64,000 nucleotides of DNA from Vicugna vicugna (GCA_013265495.1 MU058844.1:7439260-7503259), one strand, 5' to 3'. Positions 14,166 to 27,738 are shown, counted from the first letter of the stretch. The notes: generated from the sequence alone by a model not told the origin. A program made the numbers and translations.

Positions 14166-14814
14166 AAAAGATAGGCTTTGAAAATTTTAACATCATGAGA
14201 AAAACTGAGGCTTGAATTAAGCAATGTGACACAGCAGGTCTGACAGATACATTGATTGTTGTAGAATCAGAACTTGTCCTCATATCTTCCCATTTCCCAC
14301 TGTTAGCCTCTCTTTTACAGGAAGTGCCTTGCAGGGAGGCTTTTAACAAGGAAGTGTAAACACTAGAGTTTCAACCTTATCATATTATTCCACTAGGTCA
14401 AGAAACAAGTGAAAACCTATAGTCTTTCTAAGGGAATCGTGTCTCCTGTTCTTGTCCCCATGGACTTAATTATGTGCTTACCACTTCAGAATTTATAACT
14501 TTAAGTCCAAATATTTCAAATGAACTTCTCACCAACATACTCACATATGTTATTTAATTCAGTGTATTACTGAGACCAGTAAAACCAACTGAAATACAAC
14601 TATAAAGAACAGGTGAGGACTAGTGGTGTGTGAGATTGTTTCTGCCATGACTCTGTGGAGATTTATTCCTGACATGATACATTGATAATTGCTCTTCAAT
14701 TCTTTTTTAATATGCCAAAGTTAAAACATGTCTCTGGCTAGTTTCTTTAATTTGTAGTTCATAAAATTGTTAATCAATCTACTAGGCACAATGATTTTTT
14801 GATATCCTTCCTAA

Positions 14815-15270
14815 CTATATCAGTTAATTATTGCTGTAATATGCTACCCAAAACTTAATGGCTTTTTTAAAAAAAGTTTAAAAAAGTAAAATTAAAAAAT
14901 ATATATTAAAATATAAATGATAATGAATAAAGAAAAAACAAATAAAAAACAAAAAGGGGAACATAAAATAAAAAGGAGAAAAGAAAACAACAAAGAGAGA
15001 AAAAAAATAAAAAGGGAAAAACACAATACTTGTTCCTGATACAGTACATGAGCCTGCATGCTGGCTGTCTGGTCTGTTGCTTTGGGCTGGATCATCAGAC
15101 TTTGGCCCTCCTCATGCAAACAGTGAGAATATCAGTTGGGATGATGATCTCTGATTCATCTCATCTTTTAGGAGAATAGTCTGGATTTGTTCTCATGGCA
15201 GAGGCAATATTCCAAGAAAGAGTACAGAAAAGCCCTGGACCCCTTGAGGTCTAGTCTCCGAGTGTCACAG
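14815..15270 (-). mobile_element. MLT1-type LTR (MLT1H-like) interrupted by an A-rich tract (~14868-15020)
   Basis: 'tatcagttaattattgctgtaat...ccaaaacttaatggctt' and 'tttgttctcatggcagaggca...cccttgaggtctag'. Confidence 0.65.
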
Positions 15271-15623
15271 TGATTGGTCATTCATGTATTTTAAATTTTC
15301 TCAGTGCCATAGCATGAATTTCTTTATTTGTCAATTTTTTTACACAAAGTTTAGAGATATTAGAGCTGCATTCATCTCCCTTTGTTAAGATAAATAGGCA
15401 AAGAACCATAGGATAAGAACTGCCCCCCACTCCCGATAACAAAGTAATGACAATGATAAATCTTTACTGTGGGGACAACAGTATTTAAGTTATAGAATAT
15501 TTGAACTTTTCTCTAAAATACATTTAGGAAAGGATCGAACATGTTGGCAAATACTGGTTCCTTGCTCCTGAAAAGATTTAGGATGATATCATGAAGAAAG
15601 AACAGGAGGAACTAAATAAAAAT

Positions 15624-16133
15624 TGTTAGAGTGAAAATTATGACAGAGGCCCTATGACTAGGCAAAGGTTCAGTGCTTTGCTTAAAAGACTCACAGAAGT
15701 CAGCATATAGTAATACTAAATGGCTAAGATTTACTGCAGTGACATAACAAAGATACATAGCTGATTCAGTAAGGGAGAAACACACATCAGGCAAAGTCTG
15801 GATGAATTCACGTGCAGACTTCCCAAGTTTTCCGTGAGGGGGCCTCACAAAACGTGCCCTCCCTTCCAGCAGCTAAATGTAGTCAGACACACCGTGCTTC
15901 TACTCAGGGAAGAGCTGTTTGATTCTGTTGTTTCCACTGGGGGCTGGTTACATAGGCACAAAACCAACCATAGCTATTGCAGTTCTAGACTCCCAGAAGG
16001 AAAGCAGGTGTTTAGCACCCTAGGTGGGCAAAATAATCTTACCAATGGAGAAAACTGTTCAAAAGCCAATGTCCCAGAGAGCCAAGGACCAGCCCCTTAG
16101 TAAGCAGATCTTTCTAAGGAAAACAGCCTCACA
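15624..16133 (-). mobile_element. MER77/MER21-group LTR
   Basis: Begins tgttag; 'gactcacagaagtcagcatatagtaatactaaatggctaagatttact', 'gggggctggttacataggcac', 'tctagactcccagaaggaaagcaggtgtttagca'. Confidence 0.7.
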
Positions 16134-16149
16134 TAGTATCTAAATTAAA

Positions 16150-19100
16150 AGATAGCAGAGAGCCAAATAAAATAGTATTAGCAATGTCCTAAAATAATCA
16201 ATGATTTGGAAACAAACTATAGAAGAATACCTACAATATTTATTCAAAGGATGAAGATAAGAGAATATAGAAAATATAAAAATTGAAAAAGAAAATAAGA
16301 CAAAGTAGAAACCAAAATGCAGGTAATTTTTTTTTTAAATCTTTACTCATGTATTTTTCATAAGAGAGTAAAAGAGCAAAATGTAACAAATAAGGATCTA
16401 ACTTAAAATTGGGGATAAAAAAGCTTTTCGAATGTAACATAGGTCATTAGTTTTAAGCTCATCATGTTTAAGGCAAATTTAACAAAAATTGTGAGAAAAA
16501 TAACTTTATATTAAAATTGTGAATTCTAAGAATAAGAATACTTGGTTTTGTAGAAATATGAAGGTGTTGTGTCTCTTTTTCCCTCAAATAAATGAAAATA
16601 TCATTAATTCTTTTTAAGGAGAGTATATACATGACAACAAACTTGTATACATTAAATGCATAAATAGATCAAAATTTGGATTAAAACAGGATGGCATTCA
16701 TCTCATCTTGAGCCCAGTGTACCTTTGGAAATATAATTAAAAGGGTATGGAAGTGTCCCACTGAATTTTCTTAAACTTGGTTAGCACTGCCTCAGGTTAT
16801 GACTGAGAGTTGCTGGAAAAGCTGGGAGATCAAGCCCAGGACATCAGCGTGGCAGCCATACTGTCTACAGCAGGATGAAGTGGGAGCTGGAGCTGTGCCA
16901 CTTCTTTTCTTTGAATCACCCTCCTTACCAGAATGGCCCCAAATGGTACTGTTCTCCTAAAAGTGGGGCCAGAATTGAAATCCAAAAAGATTCTCACCTA
17001 GAACCAGAAGGGCTAATGGCAGAGGAGATTGTGTGGGAACATTCAGTTATTAAACATCATGTTTCTTCTGTCTTGCTTCTTCTCTTTAACTCTGCCTGTC
17101 GTGATGCTAAAAAATCAATTAACTGTTCTCACCTTCCTGCTCAAGTTCTAAGAATAAAATTAAGAGAACATTTCCTTAAATGAAGATAGGACTTGAAGAT
17201 ATCTCAGATAAAATGTCATATCTGGATATAGCCATCCCCATTAAAAGATAAAGAGTGCTCAGAAATAAATTCAAAATGGACCCTATACATAAATGGCATT
17301 TTAAAACAATACACACACACACACATACACACACATACATAAACAAGAGAGAAACATAAGTCATCAAAGGCCAAAAAATAATTTATTTTGCAAGAAGAAT
17401 TAGTCTAGGAAATTAAACATAATTTTAGATTGAAAACTTTCTACTTTCTAAAATAAATTTTAAAACAATAGAGACTCTTTAAAATAAAACATAAAATATA
17501 TAAAAATCTAAAAGAACAGATGAAAAGACAATAGAATGAAATGATAGCTGGTGGTACAAGTAAAACATAATGAGGGAAACATTAAAATCATTCCAGAAAT
17601 TAAATAAAAGAAAAATTAGAAGCACCAAAATGTAAAGTCATATGATGAAATGAAAGTTAGTCATGGAAGATAAACTTGAGAAAAATAGAAAAAGATCAAA
17701 AAGCTGTCAAAATTCAGTTTTAAAAAAAAAAGTACAAAAAGCTCAAAGTGAAAGTAGAGAAAATGAGAATATGAAAACGAATATATGTATGTACATACAC
17801 GACTGGGACATTATAACTGTACTTCAATTTTTAAAAAAAGAAAAAGTAAGTTGAGAAAATGAAACACAGAAGGCAGACAATAATATAAATATTTAATGCA
17901 TAAAAAGTTTGAATTTTTAAAAAGCAAAAATAAAATATCAAAAGAAATAGATATTAAAATATGTAATGTTAGAACTTTTTTTTGCAGTTAGAGAGAGATG
18001 GTCTTCTAGTAGATTTATAGGACTTAAACAGTGTATCAGAAATGAGAAAAAAATGAAAGAAACAATAAACCACAAACAACATTACATCCTGATGACATTA
18101 CTGCACACTAAAGCAAAAACAAAAGAATATCATAAACATCCAGGCAGACAAAACAGATCGTTTACAAATATAAAAATATCAGTGCCGTCTCGTGCTTCTG
18201 GACATCCACAATGAAGGCACAATAGAGTGTTGTAAATTCTGTGCAGTTTACATTTTTTTAAAAGGATGTGACGTAATGGTTTAGTTCTTTTAATTCATTT
18301 TAATTAGCCACACTATAAACATTAAATTATGAGCAGTATCTTATTTGTCTACTGCTCTACCTTACGGGCATCTCCCTGGTTCCCAGAGGAAATAATTGTT
18401 ATTAGTATAATGTATATCCTTTGACATCCTTTTTTGCAACATATGTAGTGAAATTTATTCTGTTCCAAAAAATATTCTAGGAATCGGAGATACAGTTTTG
18501 AATTTCTCTGCTGTTATGGTATTTATATTTTAGTTGAGCAAGAAAATCATTTAAAAATAATAGTATGCAACACCTAATATGCATTTCAACTCCTTGATTC
18601 CTTGGTTTTAGGTGTGTCTAAGGATAGCATATACTTGGTTTTGTTTCTGTAATCCAAGTGGAAACTGTTTTTTCTTCTTTAAGAGGTGACTTTATTTCGT
18701 TTGAGTTTCACTTTAAGAGGGTATATTTACCTTAATTTTATCTTTTAATTTTATATAATTTTATGTGCAGTATTTTTGAACTTTAGCTTCTTGGCTGTTT
18801 TTTCTTTTGCCTTTTCCATATTTTTCTTTCCTACTTTGTCTTCTCCCTTTTCCTTTCTCTGTCAGACATACGCAGTATAGGCTCCTTTTTTAGTTCTAAT
18901 GGTCGATATGTTTGTTTCTTTAAGTAAATGCTTAAATCTATATTTCTTAATTCACCAATTTCAGAAATAAAAATCTTTCTTGCTGCCTACTATAAAAGAC
19001 AAAAGAAACTGTCAGGTTAATTCTAGTTTCTTTTTCATCTTCACATTTATCTTTCACCGCTGAGCGAGCTTCCCGATCTCCTTCTCTCCACCATCCCTCC

Positions 19101-20210
19101 TAAATGCTGAGGCCTGGGAGTGGGGATGGAGCGGGGAGAAGGCGCATTTAATGTAAGGTAGGCCCGGGAATGTTCTGCCCTCACGTTATCAGTCTTGATT
19201 TTGGGGCTTGGCCTCTGCGGTCCATGCTGGAAGAATATGATTTTGGGTCTGTTATATTACTTGTCATGTCTGAAATTAGCAGAAATAAAGCCAAGAAGGG
19301 CTGAGGAGTGATTGAAGTTGGATGTAAGGAAATACTGGCTAAGTTGTATCTTAGATTAGTCATCAAAGCCACATTTTAATAGCTGCTTCCTCAGTCCTCT
19401 GAGTTGCACTAGTTCTTTGGGCCAACAGATTTTCTTTTATCCTTAAACTAGTTAGACTTGTTTTGGTGCTTGCAAATGCAGGAGTCTTGGCTAATAGCCC
19501 AAGCAAATGCTTTAATAATAGAAAATAACGGTTGTGATATTAGTATTAAAAAGATTTTGTCAATAAGATATAAAACATTCAATGAAGGAAAGAAAGTCAC
19601 TTTATCATAACAAAGAGCAAAATGAACAATGGCAATACAGCTGCCAAGAAAGTTTTGGCAAGAGTAATTCCACAGCAAACTATATAAAGCAAAAACTATA
19701 TAACATATAAAAGAGAAATGAAGAGTATAGAGTTATTTTGGAGGAAATTTTAATATATTCCTCCCAACATTTGGCCATATCAAGTAGTTATCATAAGAAA
19801 GACCATAAAGATTTAGAATTATATAATTAATAAAGATGATTTATTAGATATTTACTATGTGTATATGTATATATTTATAAAACAGTGAACTTTTAATTGT
19901 CACTCAGAAAATTTAAACTTAAACAATTATTGAAGGGAAAATTCTAGCTTTACATACATACATGAGAAAAGAAAGATAAAAAATTCAGTGATCTAAGCAT
20001 CCATCTCAAGAAGTCAAGAGAAAAAAATCCCAGCAAATTAAGCAAAAAAAAAAAAAAAAAACAAAAAAAAAAAAAAAAAAAAAAACAAAATAAGAAAAAA
20101 AAAAAAAAAAGAGCCAAAAATACAATAAAGGCAGCAGTCAATGAAATAGAATTAAACACACAAAAGAGAGAATGTACTAATAAAATATATAACTTCCTGG
20201 CAAGTCTGAT
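16150..20210. mobile_element. Patchwork of very old L1 (L1M/HAL1-type) fragments, mostly + strand
   Basis: Strong A skew; ORF2-like 'ctaagcatccatctcaagaag...cagcaaattaa...tcaatgaaatagaa' at ~19990-20150; internal boundaries unresolved. Confidence 0.5.
20044..20110 (+). repeat. Near-pure poly(A) tract (~67 nt)
   Basis: Read directly; explains poly-Phe ORF 19950..20213. Confidence 0.95.
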
Positions 20211-21691
20211 CAATAATATTATTTTCCCTGACAGAAGATTGATTTTTGCTTATGGCCTGAAACACTTCTGGAGGCAAGTTATATCCTCAATCCAGAGATG
20301 GACTGAGAGGTTATGAGATTCCTTCCTACTCATCACTAGTGTATTTCTGGTTCACTCTCATCCTCTAGGGCTCCTGCTGGAAGCCTACAGTTTTTACCAG
20401 AGGCCCTTCTCCTTCTCAGACTTCTGACTTTCCTCCCAAGCCCTGTGAGATCTCTAAACACTCCACTTGTTTTATTATCTTTTCTGCCACCAATTTTACT
20501 TTTGGAATCAGCAGTTGCTTGAGGGGAAGAAGTGGCCTCAAGGTTTGAGTTAACTTCTCTCATCTTTTCTTCTCATCTTAGCCTGACATATTCTCACTGT
20601 ATTGGTAATTTCCTGAGGCTTCCAAAAAGATTTAATAGCATGTTTTGTCCAGTTTATTGAATGATTCTCAGCATGAGCTATAGTCTCAAACAATCTAGCC
20701 CATTATTGTTGAATGTGGGATTCCATCTAAGTAACTTTTAAGTAAGATTAAATAAAAATAAAACTGCAATTCATGGTACCTAGAGAGGGAATAAGAAACC
20801 ACTTAAAAACTTACCCTATTGGAAGAATTACATTTCCCTATTTTACATCATGGCAGCTCTTCATAGAGCCACAAATGGCACTGATGTTGCTGTCTTCTTC
20901 TTCTTCTGACCCTGCCTTCACATTTCATTACTTCAGTGCTGTTCCTTGTTTCTCTGAAATTACCCCAGCATCTGCCCAGTTCCACCACAGCTATCACCAG
21001 ACTATCAGTCCGCATTCCTCTGAAGCTGACACGAGGCTCCCTGCAGAGGCCTGACAACATACCTTAATCAGCCCTGGACAACTGGTGAGCTGTGGCCTTG
21101 GAGCTTTTTTGCCACCAGTCGTATAAACACTGATTTAATACAACATTCTGGTAGCTTTTATTTAGAGGCTGTCTCTCCTAGTCTCTTCTTTATGTAGGCT
21201 GAAGGTATGGAATTGAAAGGGTGATGTGCGAGGGCCTGACTCCTTTTTAGTAATCCTAAATGAAGCATTTTGGCAGTTTTGTGCCATTCTGTACAGTTGT
21301 TTTGTGACTATTGATCATCAGTTTTGGAGCTGAACAGAAATTTTCAGAAAAACAGGCAAAATTCCCTACATTTGCTTGTATTAAATTTAGTTAATTTTGG
21401 TTCTAAATATCTGATGCATTCATTAATCTGAGACTTTGGAAGATAATTCAAAATCCCAAACAACACTATGGAAAAGTCCTCATAGACATGCTTTTTTGTA
21501 AATGTGGTCATATATATTAAATTACTAAATATCTGTTACGCAGACCTGACCTTATTTGACTGCCAGTTCCTTTACACTAAGAATCGGTCTCTGTCCAGAA
21601 CGTGGTTAGTGCTGTGATTATCTTTTTCAACAAAGAAATGCTTAGAGCTAAGGAGAATGGGCAACCATCCCAAGAATTTTGCATTATATTT

Positions 21692-22144
21692 ATTTATTTA
21701 TTTATTTATTTATTTTACATTTTTATTGATTCATAATCATTTTACAGTGTTGTGTCAAATTCCAGTGTTCAGTACAATTTTTCAGTCATACATGGACATA
21801 TACACACTCATTGTCACATTTTTTTCTCTGTGATTTATCATAACATTTTGTGTATATTTCCCTGTGCTATACAGTGTAATCTTGTTTATCTGTTCTACAA
21901 TTTTGAAATCCCAGTCTATCCCTTCCCACCCTCTACCCCGCCCCCCACCCCGGTAACCACAAGTCTGTATTCTCTGTCCATGAGTCCATTTCTGTCCTGT
22001 ATTTATGCTTTGTTTTTGTTTGTTTGTTTGTTTTTGTTTTTTAGATTCCACATATGAGCGATCTCATATGGTATTTTTCTTTCTCTTTCTGGCTTACTTC
22101 ACTTAGAATGACATTCTCTAGGAGCATCCATGTTGCTGCAAATG
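21692..22144 (-). mobile_element. Young 5'-truncated L1 (3' UTR plus ORF2 tip)
   Basis: (ATTT)n tail; C-rich 3'UTR tract; 'ttagattccacatatgagcgatctcatatgg...ccatgttgctgcaaatgg'; 11-bp TSD gcattatattt at 21681-21691 and 22145-22155. Confidence 0.93.
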
Positions 22145-22659
22145 GCATTATATTTTTGCTTAATTTGCTGGGATTTTTTTCTCTATTTGAATAAAATTGT
22201 CTCACCGGAGAGGCTGAAGTGTTTACTGGAGTCTTAGTGAACCTTCCTCCTCTGTGTCAGGCAGTGACTGTTCTCTTTGAGAAGAGTAGGCTCAGATTAA
22301 CCAGTCACTCTGGTGTGACTACATATAAATATCAAATCATTTACAAAAACATTTAATATATGAGTAAACAGAGGCACAAAGATGTTGACTAACTTTGCCA
22401 GCACAGTAAATGGCAAACCCAGAGTTCCAGGAGGCATGCTATCTCCCTGTCTCCTGCTCTAAGCTCCCGTGCAGTGTGCCCGTTGCTCCGATGCTAGTCC
22501 TCACTGCCCTGCTGTTCTGTAGGCTGCCCTTCCTGGTGCTGCAGTATTTTCTACTAACATACAGGATTCTCAGACTCTTACTGTATTTGGTCATCCTCTA
22601 ATTTTTAACAGCATACTTTGTTATTTCGTACAAAACATGTTGGGGAGTCTTTGTCGGTA

Positions 22660-22875
22660 CCTAAGCTGGACCACTCTCTCTTTGGTACACCTGCTGTCCT
22701 CTATACTCACTTCCATTGTCACAACTAGAGCACTTTTTAATTTATAACACACTCAGTATTGCCTCTCAGGACTGTAAGATCTTTGACTCCTAGGATCATG
22801 TCTGATTTAACCCTGTGTTCTCCACACCTTGCATTGCGTTTGATACCTTCAACGTGCTTAACCCACGCTCATAGA
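22660..22875 (+). mobile_element. L2 3' fragment
   Basis: 'gactgtaagatctttga...ggatcatgtctgattt...ctgtgttctcca'. Confidence 0.5.
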
Positions 22876-23361
22876 CTTAATTCAAATGTGCTGTGTCCCT
22901 GAAGGCTCGCTGTACTCTTATTTCTATTCTCTTGGTCACGTGTGTCACTGCACTCTCTTCACTTTGTACTCTGTGCACTGAGTCTCATCATGCCAAGACT
23001 TTCTGTGAGGATTCTTTTTCATGTGAGAGATGTAGACGTCTGCCTTTTCTCTTCTGCCACCTCCCTCCAACGGTAATACTACAGACAACCAGTTCTAGTC
23101 ATATTATCATCGCATAATGACCTCCTAACCTCCCCAAGTTTCCCCTTGGACCTAAGGGCATTGATGCTACTGGTCAAACTGTTGTCTAGCTTGATTATGC
23201 TGACTGTTCTCAGTCTGGTTTTACTGGCCCTTTGTCAGTCCCAAGGAATGTAACTGACTGCACTGCTGTCTCTTCTGTCTATGGGGTCTCCACATGATTT
23301 TGTTTGTTACCACTCTGCAAATAAGAAGGGAATTTGTTCATATTCTGCACCCATCACTAAT

Positions 23362-23511
23362 TAGGGAACAGGCCTTTACCAGACACTGAATCTTACAGTG
23401 CCTTGATCTTGGACTTTCAGCCTCTAGAATCGTGAGAAAATAAATTTCTACCAAAAAATAAACCACTAAGTCTGTGTTTTTTTGTTATGGCAGTCCTCGC
23501 AAACTAATATA
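23362..23511 (+). mobile_element. MaLR LTR 3' fragment (MLT1A/MST-like)
   Basis: 'accagacactgaatct...gccttgatcttggactttcagcctctagaatcgtgagaaaataaatttct...ttgttatggcag...aactaata'. Confidence 0.8.
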
Positions 23512-24689
23512 GAACTCAGTTTGTATTATTCGTTGCCATTATCACATTTTGCTGCTTAGTATTACTTACATCTTTCCATATGCATAGCTTGTCTTCCCAA
23601 CAGATTCCTAATGTCTTCAAAGGCAAGAACTCACCCTGTAGTCTATTACTTTATTAACAATATTCAGCAGTTCAATGCACACAGCAAAAACTTAGTGAGT
23701 ATTTATTAAGTTAGTTAATGTGTTGGAGTAACATTTATCTTACAGGTAAAAAGTATGGCTAGTTCACAAAACAGGGAAATGAAATATTTCACATCTATTT
23801 TATCTCTACCAATATATTTTATTTTTAACAGAGAATGAGAAAGGAAAAATTAATTGATCGGGCTTTCATACTTTCATATTTGTATGTCAAAAATTTATCT
23901 TTACATAATACCTTATTATAAAATCAAGATAAAGAAATGAAGCAACAAAAGAAAAAAAAGAAATTCTCTTTTTAGGAAGCAGCTTTACTTTTCACTTTTT
24001 TTTTTCCTTAATTCCATCAAGACTTCAGGATATGGCAGGTTCTGAGGAACAACAGAATGTCTATCAGTTTTTAGGACACTGGAGTATTATTTAATGCAGA
24101 GAAAATGTAATCTTCAAGAGAAAACAGTATACCAATCTGGCAATAACAAATGTTACTGAAAAACAGTAAGTCTTGTACTATCTGTAGCAAAATGGAAAGT
24201 GGATCATTTGAGCTTCTCAAGATCGAATCAAATCACTCCCTTAACATTGTTGAATAATCTGGAGACTGAAAAACAGAACGACATTAATTTATATAGGCTA
24301 CTTATGATGCTTTGTTCATTTTCATGTCACCAGTTATACGGATTAATGCTTGGAATGGACTTTATGTGGTGAACAAATACTAAACGAGCTAGCAATAATG
24401 GTGCTACAATTTAATGCCAAGCATAAGTTACTCAGTTATGGTCAGCTAAAACAGCTACAAATGTATGTATCTATGGCTAAATCAGACATGACACTAAAAA
24501 TTTCATCCAGACTAACTTGAGCCTGTTCTATTACCATGCGTTCATTAGTCCTAGAATTATTATTCATAAATTGAGCCATGGGATTTGTCAACTGTGATTT
24601 TACTTAATGTGATTTATATGTTACTAAAGTCAGCTGATGTCTTTGAGTGTATAGTATCTATTAGCACTGGAGAAAATGGACAAGGAAAC

Positions 24690-24845
24690 TAAAGATTACC
24701 AGCGAACCACTAGAAGCTAGGAAGAGGCAAGGAAGAATTGACTTTTTTCCCCTACAAACTTTGTAGGGAGCATGGTCCTGGCAACAGCTTAATTTTTGAC
24801 TTCTAACTTCCAAATACGTCAGACGATAAATTTTTGTTGTTTCGT
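24690..24845 (+). mobile_element. MLT1C-like LTR fragment
   Basis: 'ccactagaagctaggaagaggcaaggaa...gggagcatggtcctgg...gacttctaacttcc...ataaatttttgttgttt'. Confidence 0.75.
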
Positions 24846-25499
24846 CCACACACAAAATGGTGCACAGAGATGCTAGATCGTGGTAAAAGAGAACAATATT
24901 TAAAAAAAAAAAACTGAAACCAGGGAATCGACATGGTAATTGAATAAATGATTGATGCTGGGTGTGTATATCCTCAAAAGAGAATGAAGACTTAGTGTCC
25001 CTTCTCAAACTTAGTTTTAGCTGGCAGGCAGGGCATAAATGCCTGAAACATGTCTAGTATAATATATTTATACCTCATGAATATGTAAATGCATGAAGTA
25101 GATATAGTAGCATTTGTAAAATTACAAATGTGAATTAATTTGATATAAATTTAGTAGGGACAATGCTGATGAAATTGAATAGAGTTATCAGTCACAGTTT
25201 TCTATATGAGTCCAGGTTAATAATTCTTTTTAGATTGTATTGTGGCAAGACTTTCAAGAAAAAAAATTTTTAATAACATCTTTGGTGGGCTACATAAATA
25301 TAAGATCTGAAGATAAAGGGATTCTGGCTAAAGCTTTTGATAAAACCTTCATACCTTCATATCAGCTTTGCTGTATGTTTGTGTATATACACACAGAACT
25401 CTAAATTATGACTATTTCTCCACCTTCTTATGACCATTCTCATTTATATTCCAATTAGGAAAACAGAATGATATCTGAGAGAGAGTAAAATAGGATAAT

Positions 25500-25927
25500 G
25501 CTGTTGTGTACTTCCTTTTCCTCTTTCGAGACCAATACACACGTTGCCTCGCTGAGTGGGAATGTTGGCTTCTTAAAACTCATGGCTGAATCTTTCTGGA
25601 AGTTGCTCTTGGCTAAAAAGAAGCTCTTTTGCCCCAGACACAACACTTGCCCCAAGAGAAACCTGTATCCAATGACTGGCCCATAGTGGAGTACAATGCT
25701 TGGCCATTTGTCTTGGTTGAGAACAATTCCGAAGTCCTGTCCCTTCTCCAGAGGTCACTGTGCAGTGCGCTGAGGGTGCTGTCATAACTGCCTTACAGTT
25801 CAGCGTCCCTTGCCAGCCTAGCCTCCTTCCTCACGGGTGCCGCTCCAGAGAACCTTCCCTAAAATACATCCTGCATTCAACTCCTCTTTCATCTTAGAGT
25901 CTGTGGCCAGGGAGTCTGGTCTAAGGC
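25500..25927 (+). mobile_element. LTR16-type ERVL LTR
   Basis: 'atccaatgactgg', 'tcacgggtgccgctccagagaaccttccctaaaatacatcctgca', end 'agagtctgtggccagggagtctggtctaag'. Confidence 0.7.
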
Positions 25928-26164
25928 TAAATGAAGGTGATCTATTATCAGACTTACAATTTGAATATTTGAGAAATACATAGAACTTCTTCTTTGTGTA
26001 CAGTACTTAGAGAAAAAAAGGCTTGCAATTTTGAAATTAGTACAGATACATATTTTTAATGATTAGTGTTGATGTGTGGACACATAGGAGCCAAGGGAGA
26101 AGTAAAACCACAGGAGGAGTCCTGTCTCCTATCTCCAGACAGTTGGCATCTCTCCTATTTTATT

Positions 26165-26590
26165 TTTTAAGCAAAATGAAAATTTGTTGAATGGACACTA
26201 GCATACTTTATAGAACTGAAGAAAGAACAGTAGACATTAGGACATTGCTGGAGTAACAAAGCTTGGCACTCTCAGGATGGTCTCTGCCGTCTCTCATCTC
26301 TGCATTTCTCCGGACGCAGCTTCATTCTGTGTGTGCGGTGGGCTAGTGTCCTCTAGGATTGTGTCCATGCAGCTCTAGAACCACAGGAAGACACGGTATC
26401 CCTAACCTTCCACATGCATGAGCACACAGTACCTTCAAGCCCAATACACAGGTGCATTAATTCCAGTTAAAACTCCAGGCAAATGATTCCAGCTGTCCTT
26501 TCATGGATTGTGTCCACCCCTGAAAAAAATCTCTTGAAGCTAATTTATGGATTACGAGTCTTCTAATTTGGGTCCCATGCCTGCCCCTAA
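26165..26590 (-). mobile_element. Old MLT1-type LTR (MLT1M/N-like)
   Basis: 'ctctcatctctgcatttctc...gcttcattct' and 'gggtcccatgcctgcccct'. Confidence 0.45.
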
Positions 26591-26814
26591 GTTTTTTGTC
26601 CTTATCACATCATTATTAAGAAAGATAGAAAACATAATATTACTGTTTCCAAAACATGTGATTTTGAAATGATTTTCCCCCCAGTGGAAGAGCATTCCTT
26701 GATCTTTTCTGTGAAATGTCTAATATTACCAATTTAATTTAATTTTTACTTGCTGAAGATATAAACTAAAGTGAGGACTTTAATGAGACACTCAATCTCC
26801 TAAAATACTTAACA

Positions 26815-26930
26815 AAATTTTGTGCATGTGGATTGTTCTGGTTTACACACGCACATATATGGAAAGAAGACATAGCTTTCATCAGTATTTCCAAAGCATG
26901 TGTGAATCAAAAATACTTTTAAATGGCAGT
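26815..26930. mobile_element. hAT Charlie4z-like fragment
   Basis: 'catagctttcatcagtatttccaaag...tgtgaatcaaaaa'. Confidence 0.4.
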
Positions 26931-27099
26931 GAAGAATGTGGAATTCAAAAAGTTATCACTTATTTAAATAAAAATATTTTAGCAACGTAAACACTTCATA
27001 CTCTCCGTTGGAGACCTACTAAATACACTGAATAATATTAGTAACACTGCTTGCAAAAATACATCAAGTTCTTGCTCAGAGCAGAGCTCTTTTCTGTAC

Positions 27100-27272
27100 A
27101 CATTCCATATATTACTTAATTTAACCCTTGGTACTACACTGGAATATTGCCATTATCACCGCCACAATGCAGCTGAGAATATTGCAACTCAGAATGATGA
27201 GATACTGGCCCAGAGTCATATAACAGTGAATGAAGAGTCAGAACTGATATCCATTTCTGGTCCTAAAACCCT
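27100..27272 (-). mobile_element. MIR (target of the adjacent L1 insertion)
   Basis: 'gcagctgagaatattgcaactcaga...ggcccagagtcatataacagtgaatgaagagtcagaa'. Confidence 0.55.
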
Positions 27273-27273
27273 T

Positions 27274-27276
27274 TTT

Positions 27277-27344
<68 letters not shown>

Positions 27345-27420
27345 NNNNNNNNNNNNNNNNNNNNNNNNNNNNNNNNTCCTTCCTTCTTTCTTGCTTTCTT
27401 TCCTTCCTTCCTTCCTTCTT
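27274..27420. repeat. (TTTC)n/(TTCC)n microsatellite spanning a 32-N assembly gap (27345-27376)
   Basis: Read directly. Confidence 0.97.
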
Positions 27421-27738
27421 TATTGAAGTATAGTCAGTTACAATGTGTCAATTTCTGGTGTACACCAGTCATGCATATAAATACATATATTCATTTCATA
27501 TTCTTTTTCATTAAAGGTTATTACAAGATATTGAATATAGTTTCCTGTGCTATACAGAAGAAACTTGTTTTTTAAAATATATTTTTATATATAGTAGCCA
27601 ACATTTGCAAATCTAAAACTCCCAAATTTGTCCCTTCCCACCTCTTTTCCCCAGTAACCATAAGATTGTTTACTATGCCTGAAAGTCTGTTTCTGTTTTG
27701 TAGATGAGTTCTTAGTGTCTTTTTTTATCCTTTTTTTC

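Noticed and set aside
19060..19220. CpG island or promoter
   Set aside because: Only ~150 bp of mild GC/CpG enrichment amid old L1 fragments; too short and sparse.
20049..22152. 2.1-kb inversion or DNA transposon bounded by the 32-bp inverted repeat
   Set aside because: The old L1 continues collinearly across the left repeat, there is no TSD outside the pair, and no transposase remnant.
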